Below are positions 60,149 through 64,000 of a DNA stretch of 64,000 nt, piece after piece (the first letter of the stretch is position 1; the number at the start of each line of letters is the position of its first letter). This DNA is from Eubacteriales bacterium (GTDB lineage Bacteria; Bacillota; Clostridia; Oscillospirales; CAG-272), in contig JAZNOM010000030.1 in NCBI GenBank assembly GCA_045580835.1, positions 17,162 to 81,161 on the forward strand. The letters run 5' to 3'. The notes beneath the pieces were generated by a model. The model was given only the letters and a program-made list of their open reading frames with translations. It made no database searches and was not told the origin of the DNA. The translations under genes were made by a program, and so were the position numbers.

Positions 60149-61333
60149 TTAATGATGGAACAATCGCATTTTTGTAAATGCCATTACCATACCGTACTTG
60201 TCAGCACATTCAATAACAAGGTCGTCACGAATAGAACCGCCGGGCTCTGCAATGTACTTTACACCGCTACGCTTTGCACGCTCAATATTATCGCTGAACG
60301 GGAAGAACGCATCAGAGCCGAGGGCTACGCCGTCAATACCGTCAAGGTATGCGCGGATTTCGTCATCGGTGAGAGGCTCGGGCTGCTCGGTAAAATAACG
60401 CTGCCATATACCATCTGCACATACATCCTCTTCGTTACGGTTGATATAACCGTCAATAACATTATCTCTGTCAGGTCTGCCAAGCTCACTCTTAAAAGGA
60501 AGGGCAAGCACTTTCTCGTGCTGACGGAGGAACCAAGTGTCTGCTTTTGTACCTGCAAGGCGTGTGCAGTGAATTCTAGACTGCTGACCTGCACCAACAC
60601 CGATAGCCTGACCATCCACAGCATAGCAAACAGAGTTTGACTGTGTATATTTAAGAGTAATAAGTGCGATTATAAGGTCACGAACAGCACTCTCGGGCAT
60701 ATCCTTGTTTGCAGTAACGATTTCAGTAAGAAGCGCGGGATTGATTTCAAAATTGTTTCTTCCCTGCTCAAATGTAATTCCATAAACCTGCTTGTGCTCA
60801 ATTTCAGCGGGCACATAATTCGGATCAATTTTAACAATATTATAGTTGCCGTTTCTCTTTGATTTCAGAATTTCAAGAGCTTCAGGCTCGTATCCCGGAG
60901 CGATAATACCGTCAGAAACTTCGCGCTTGATAAGCTTTGCGGTTGTAACATCGCAAACGTCCGAAAGTGCTACCCAGTCACCAAAAGAACACATTCTGTC
61001 GGTACCTCTAGCTCTCGCATATGCACAAGCAAGCGGAGAAGCATCAAGATCTGCAATATCATCAACAAAGCAAGCCTTCTTGAGTTTATCAGAAAGCGGA
61101 ATACCAACTGCCGCCGAAGTAGGGCTTACATGCTTAAAAGAAGTAACCGCAGGAAGTCCGAGAGCCTCTTTGAGTTCCTTTACAAGCTGCCAACTGTTGA
61201 AAGCATCAAGGAAATTAATAAATCCGGGACGTCCGCAAAGGATTTCGATAGGAAGCTCGCTTCCGTCATGCATAAAAATTTTTGCAGGCTTTTGGTTGGG
61301 GTTACAACCGTATTTAAGTTCAAATTCTTTCAT
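60149..61333 (-). CDS. purH: AICAR formyltransferase domain protein (PurH lacking the MGS-like IMP cyclohydrolase domain)
   Basis: Starts directly in the AICARFT region (KYGCNPNQ...) and ends in the PurH-type FTKMRLFHH. Start at ATG 61333 after GAGGTG. Confidence 0.8.
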   Translation of the reverse strand: MKEFELKYGCNPNQKPAKIFMHDGSELPIEILCGRPGFINFLDAFNSWQLVKELKEALGLPAVTSFKHVSPTSAAVGIPLSDKLKKACFVDDIADLDASPLACAYARARGTDRMCSFGDWVALSDVCDVTTAKLIKREVSDGIIAPGYEPEALEILKSKRNGNYNIVKIDPNYVPAEIEHKQVYGITFEQGRNNFEINPALLTEIVTANKDMPESAVRDLIIALITLKYTQSNSVCYAVDGQAIGVGAGQQSRIHCTRLAGTKADTWFLRQHEKVLALPFKSELGRPDRDNVIDGYINRNEEDVCADGIWQRYFTEQPEPLTDDEIRAYLDGIDGVALGSDAFFPFSDNIERAKRSGVKYIAEPGGSIRDDLVIECADKYGMVMAFTKMRLFHH

Positions 61334-61341
61334 TTTGCACC

Positions 61342-62058
61342 TCACACGTTCTTGTTCACAATTCTTGTTTCGCTCTCACCGCTTGCGATGTCGATATATC
61401 TTACAAAGAGCGACACTTTGTTGTCCTCATTAAGGTTTGTCCAGATAAGGTTTGTAAGAGTATCAATGTCTACGTCAGGAAGCTCCAAAGTTTTCGGTTC
61501 GCCCTCAAACGAAGGAAGCGGATTGCCGTCACCGTTGTAGGTATGAATGAATTTTGCCTTACCTGCTATAGGAGAAGAGTATGCGTATGTAAATCTTTCG
61601 CATGAGCTATCGTCACCCTCTGCGCTCTTCAAAATCGACATTGCAAAGTTCATATCGCCGTTTTCGCAATGAATGATACCGGAAATTCTTGGAGTAAAAT
61701 TAGGTTTATCGTCCTCAAATTCGCGAGTGCGAAGTGCCTGCTCAAAGGTCATCTGCTTGTCCATCAGGTCATAGATGGTGTCAGTCTGGTCTCCGTTGGT
61801 AACAATGGTCTTGTTACCAAGAACTCTAACCGGATAATAAATAATAAGATGCGGGTCGGTCATCTTGGACTCATCGTATGCCTTTGTGCGCATAGCATCG
61901 CCTTCCGCTACAAATACACGGTTGCGGCTATTCTCGCTTCTGCCCATAATAAAGTAAGCAGTGACAGCTTTTTTACCGTCTGCACTTTTACCGATGATAA
62001 TACCTCTGCCATGATATGCAAGAGAGTTAAGCTCATTTGCAATTGATGAAATCTTCAT
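61342..62058 (-). CDS. purO: PurO-type (archaeal-like) IMP cyclohydrolase
   Basis: ~238 aa. The pattern YHGRGIIIGKS...YFIMGRSENSRNR...IVTNGDQTD resembles the IMP_cyclohyd family. Start at ATG 62058 after GAAAGGGA. Confidence 0.65.
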   Translation of the reverse strand: MKISSIANELNSLAYHGRGIIIGKSADGKKAVTAYFIMGRSENSRNRVFVAEGDAMRTKAYDESKMTDPHLIIYYPVRVLGNKTIVTNGDQTDTIYDLMDKQMTFEQALRTREFEDDKPNFTPRISGIIHCENGDMNFAMSILKSAEGDDSSCERFTYAYSSPIAGKAKFIHTYNGDGNPLPSFEGEPKTLELPDVDIDTLTNLIWTNLNEDNKVSLFVRYIDIASGESETRIVNKNV

Positions 62059-62072
62059 TTTCAGTTCCCTTT

Positions 62073-62678
62073 CTACGCAAGTTCTTTGCAAACCTTTTCA
62101 ACAGAGAGAGGAAGTATCTTCCACTCTGCAAGGCGCATTACTCTTTTTTGTAAAGTTTCAGGTGTATCGTTTTCTCGGATCGCAACTGCCTTTTGCATAA
62201 TAATTTCGCCGCCGTCAGGCACCTCGTTTACAAAATGCACAGTTGCACCGGTAACTTTAACACCATAGTTAAGTGCCGCCTCATGTACGCGAAGGCCGTA
62301 AAAGCCCTCGCCGCAGAACGACGGAATAAGCGAAGGGTGCACGTTTATTATTCGTTTCGGATATGTACTCGTAAATCTCTCGCTGAGGATAACCATAAAC
62401 CCTGCAAGAACGATAACATCAATCTTGTTATCCTCTAAAAGAGTGATGAGGTTGTTTTCAAAAGCCCTCTGACTTCCGCCGAGCTCTTTTTTGGAAACCA
62501 CCGCGGTTTTTATGCCGGCATTTTTTGCTCTTTCAAGCGCATAAGCCCCCGCATTATTTGAGATTACAAGTTCAAGCTTGCCGCTTTTTATGATACCTTT
62601 TTCCTGCGCATCAATCAAAGCCTGCAAATTTGTACCGCCGCCAGAAACTAAAACGGCAATTCGTTTTACCGCACTCAT
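62073..62678 (-). CDS. purN: phosphoribosylglycinamide formyltransferase
   Basis: IAVLVSGGGTNLQALID and NVHPSLIP motifs. Confidence 0.95.
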   Translation of the reverse strand: MSAVKRIAVLVSGGGTNLQALIDAQEKGIIKSGKLELVISNNAGAYALERAKNAGIKTAVVSKKELGGSQRAFENNLITLLEDNKIDVIVLAGFMVILSERFTSTYPKRIINVHPSLIPSFCGEGFYGLRVHEAALNYGVKVTGATVHFVNEVPDGGEIIMQKAVAIRENDTPETLQKRVMRLAEWKILPLSVEKVCKELA

Positions 62679-63727
62679 CAGTAAAGCACCACGCCTTCGT
62701 CACCGCTGATAATCTCACCGATAACATATGCATCCTCACCGTTTTCGCGGAGAATTTCAAGTGCAGTTTCAACTTCAGCCGCAGGCACAACAATGCTCAT
62801 GCCAACACCCATATTATATGTATTATACATATCACGCTCCGGAATATTTCCGGTCTTTGCAATCAGGTCAAAAATAGGAAGAACCTTTACTGCAGACTTG
62901 TCAATTCTAGCGGTGAATCCCTTGGGAATAGAGCGCGGAATATTTTCATAAAATCCGCCGCCGGTAATATGGCTTATACCCTTAACGGTTACTTTCTCGA
63001 GAAGTGCAAGTACGGATTTAACATAAATCTTGGTGGGAGTAAGCAAAGTTTCTGCAATGCTCTTGCCGCAAAGTGCATCACAAGGAACATACAAAGACTC
63101 GGGATTGTTATCAATATCAAATACCTTGCGAACAAGCGAAAAACCGTTGGAATGAACGCCGCTTGAAGCAAGAGCAATAACTACATCGCCATCTGCCATT
63201 TTTGTATTGTCTAAAATCTTCTTTTTGTCAACGATACCAACGGCAAAGCCGGCAAGGTCGTAATCCTCTTGAGGCATCATACCGGGATGCTCGGCAGTTT
63301 CACCGCCAATGAGTGCAGCACCCGATTGTACACAGCCCTCCGCGACGCCTCCAACTATAGAAGCAATCTTTTCAGGAATATTCTTGCCACATGCAATATA
63401 GTCAAGGAAGAAGAGCGGCTTTGCACCGACACAGATAATATCATTAACACACATTGCAACAGCGTCAATACCGATAGTATCGTGCTTGTCCATTAAAATT
63501 GCGAGCTTTACCTTGGTTCCGCAACCGTCTGTACCTGAAACAAGTACGGGCTCCTCCATACCTGCCACTGGCAAACCGAAACAACCGCCAAAGCCGCCTA
63601 CATCGTCAAGGCAACCTGCGTTTTTAGTACGAGCGATGTGCTTTTTCATAAGCTCAACCGCTTTGTAGCCGGCAACGATATCAACACCGGCTGCTGCGTA
63701 ACTTTCAGATTTAGATTGTGTACTCAT
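62678..63727 (-). CDS. purM: phosphoribosylformylglycinamidine cyclo-ligase
   Basis: SYAAAGVDI...GGFGG...DGCGTK motifs. Start at ATG 63727. Confidence 0.95.
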   Translation of the reverse strand: MSTQSKSESYAAAGVDIVAGYKAVELMKKHIARTKNAGCLDDVGGFGGCFGLPVAGMEEPVLVSGTDGCGTKVKLAILMDKHDTIGIDAVAMCVNDIICVGAKPLFFLDYIACGKNIPEKIASIVGGVAEGCVQSGAALIGGETAEHPGMMPQEDYDLAGFAVGIVDKKKILDNTKMADGDVVIALASSGVHSNGFSLVRKVFDIDNNPESLYVPCDALCGKSIAETLLTPTKIYVKSVLALLEKVTVKGISHITGGGFYENIPRSIPKGFTARIDKSAVKVLPIFDLIAKTGNIPERDMYNTYNMGVGMSIVVPAAEVETALEILRENGEDAYVIGEIISGDEGVVLY

Positions 63728-63729
63728 TT

Positions 63730-64000
63730 TTATTCCTTTCCGCTCCAACAATATGTGCAAAGCTTACACGGCTCTATGCCGATTGATTTTATTATTCCAT
63801 CAAGGGACTGAAATTCAAGAGATGCAAAATTGAAAGACTCGCATATAGTCTTTCTGAGCTTTTTGCCGCGTTCGGTTGAAGAATCTGCGTATTCATCAAT
63901 ATATTTGAAGCCCTCTTCGCCTTCAAGATCCATGATTACTCTACGGGCAAGAAGCTCCATGGGGCTTCTTGAACTTGAAAAATTCAAATACTTGCATCCG
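63730..64000 (-). CDS. purF: amidophosphoribosyltransferase, C-terminal fragment (continues beyond window)
   Basis: The frame stays open to the window edge. The C-terminal CxxC-type tail (CKLCTYCWSG) and its position upstream of purM fit purF. Confidence 0.75.
   Translation of the reverse strand, partial: GCKYLNFSSSRSPMELLARRVIMDLEGEEGFKYIDEYADSSTERGKKLRKTICESFNFASLEFQSLDGIIKSIGIEPCKLCTYCWSGKE

Noticed and set aside
60846-61540. 195 aa and 136 aa plus-strand ORFs antisense to the purH/purO-type genes
   Set aside because: These are shadow ORFs within the pur operon. Their Ser/Leu-rich translations lack domains.

Overview
This 64 kb window looks like low-GC, spore-forming Firmicutes (Clostridia) chromosome. 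The sporulation genes spoVT and cotJABC, together with SLH and dockerin-like surface proteins, suggest a Ruminococcus/Oscillospiraceae-type organism. All calls come from reading the supplied translations and the DNA by eye; no database search was possible. Most of the window is densely packed core genome: ricT(yaaT)-ferredoxin-yabB-like methyltransferase-rsmI; tgt-mutL-mutS-ymcA-like-miaB (Bacillus-like synteny); folD, lgt and two M16 peptidases; pflB-pflA preceded by a clear ZTP (pfl-motif) riboswitch; spoVT, comEC and guaB; cotJABC; and a purF-M-N-(purO-type cyclohydrolase)-purH-D-L operon. No integrase, transposase, CRISPR array or rRNA was seen. Six accessory or unusual parts stand out. 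(1) A DUF4062 (TIR-like) protein with an unassignable C-terminal domain has its own near-consensus promoter and sits 5 nt upstream of an intact IMPase-family phosphatase. (2) A 590 bp ORF-free gap contains a promoter, two long nested hairpins and a strong intrinsic terminator, all on the minus strand, which suggests a roughly 375 nt structured RNA. (3) An operon divergent from an AraC regulator encodes an AroD-like protein, an orphan solute-binding lipoprotein, a 1513 aa SLH/ARH-like/CBM-like giant with an internal 310 aa duplication, and a 931 aa SGNH esterase with a dockerin-like tail. It lies next to a tRNA-Arg(CCU) whose 3' end is duplicated 164 bp downstream. (4) A COG0523 GTPase pair includes an in-frame 36 bp His/Cys-rich tandem repeat and a DUF1980-like fusion. 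(5) A BlaI/BlaR1-type pair has a non-PBP sensor domain. (6) An ECF sigma factor is paired with an anti-sigma-like protein. I consider the DUF4062 module, the structured RNA candidate and the surface operon the best candidates for something undescribed. None of them is proven here.
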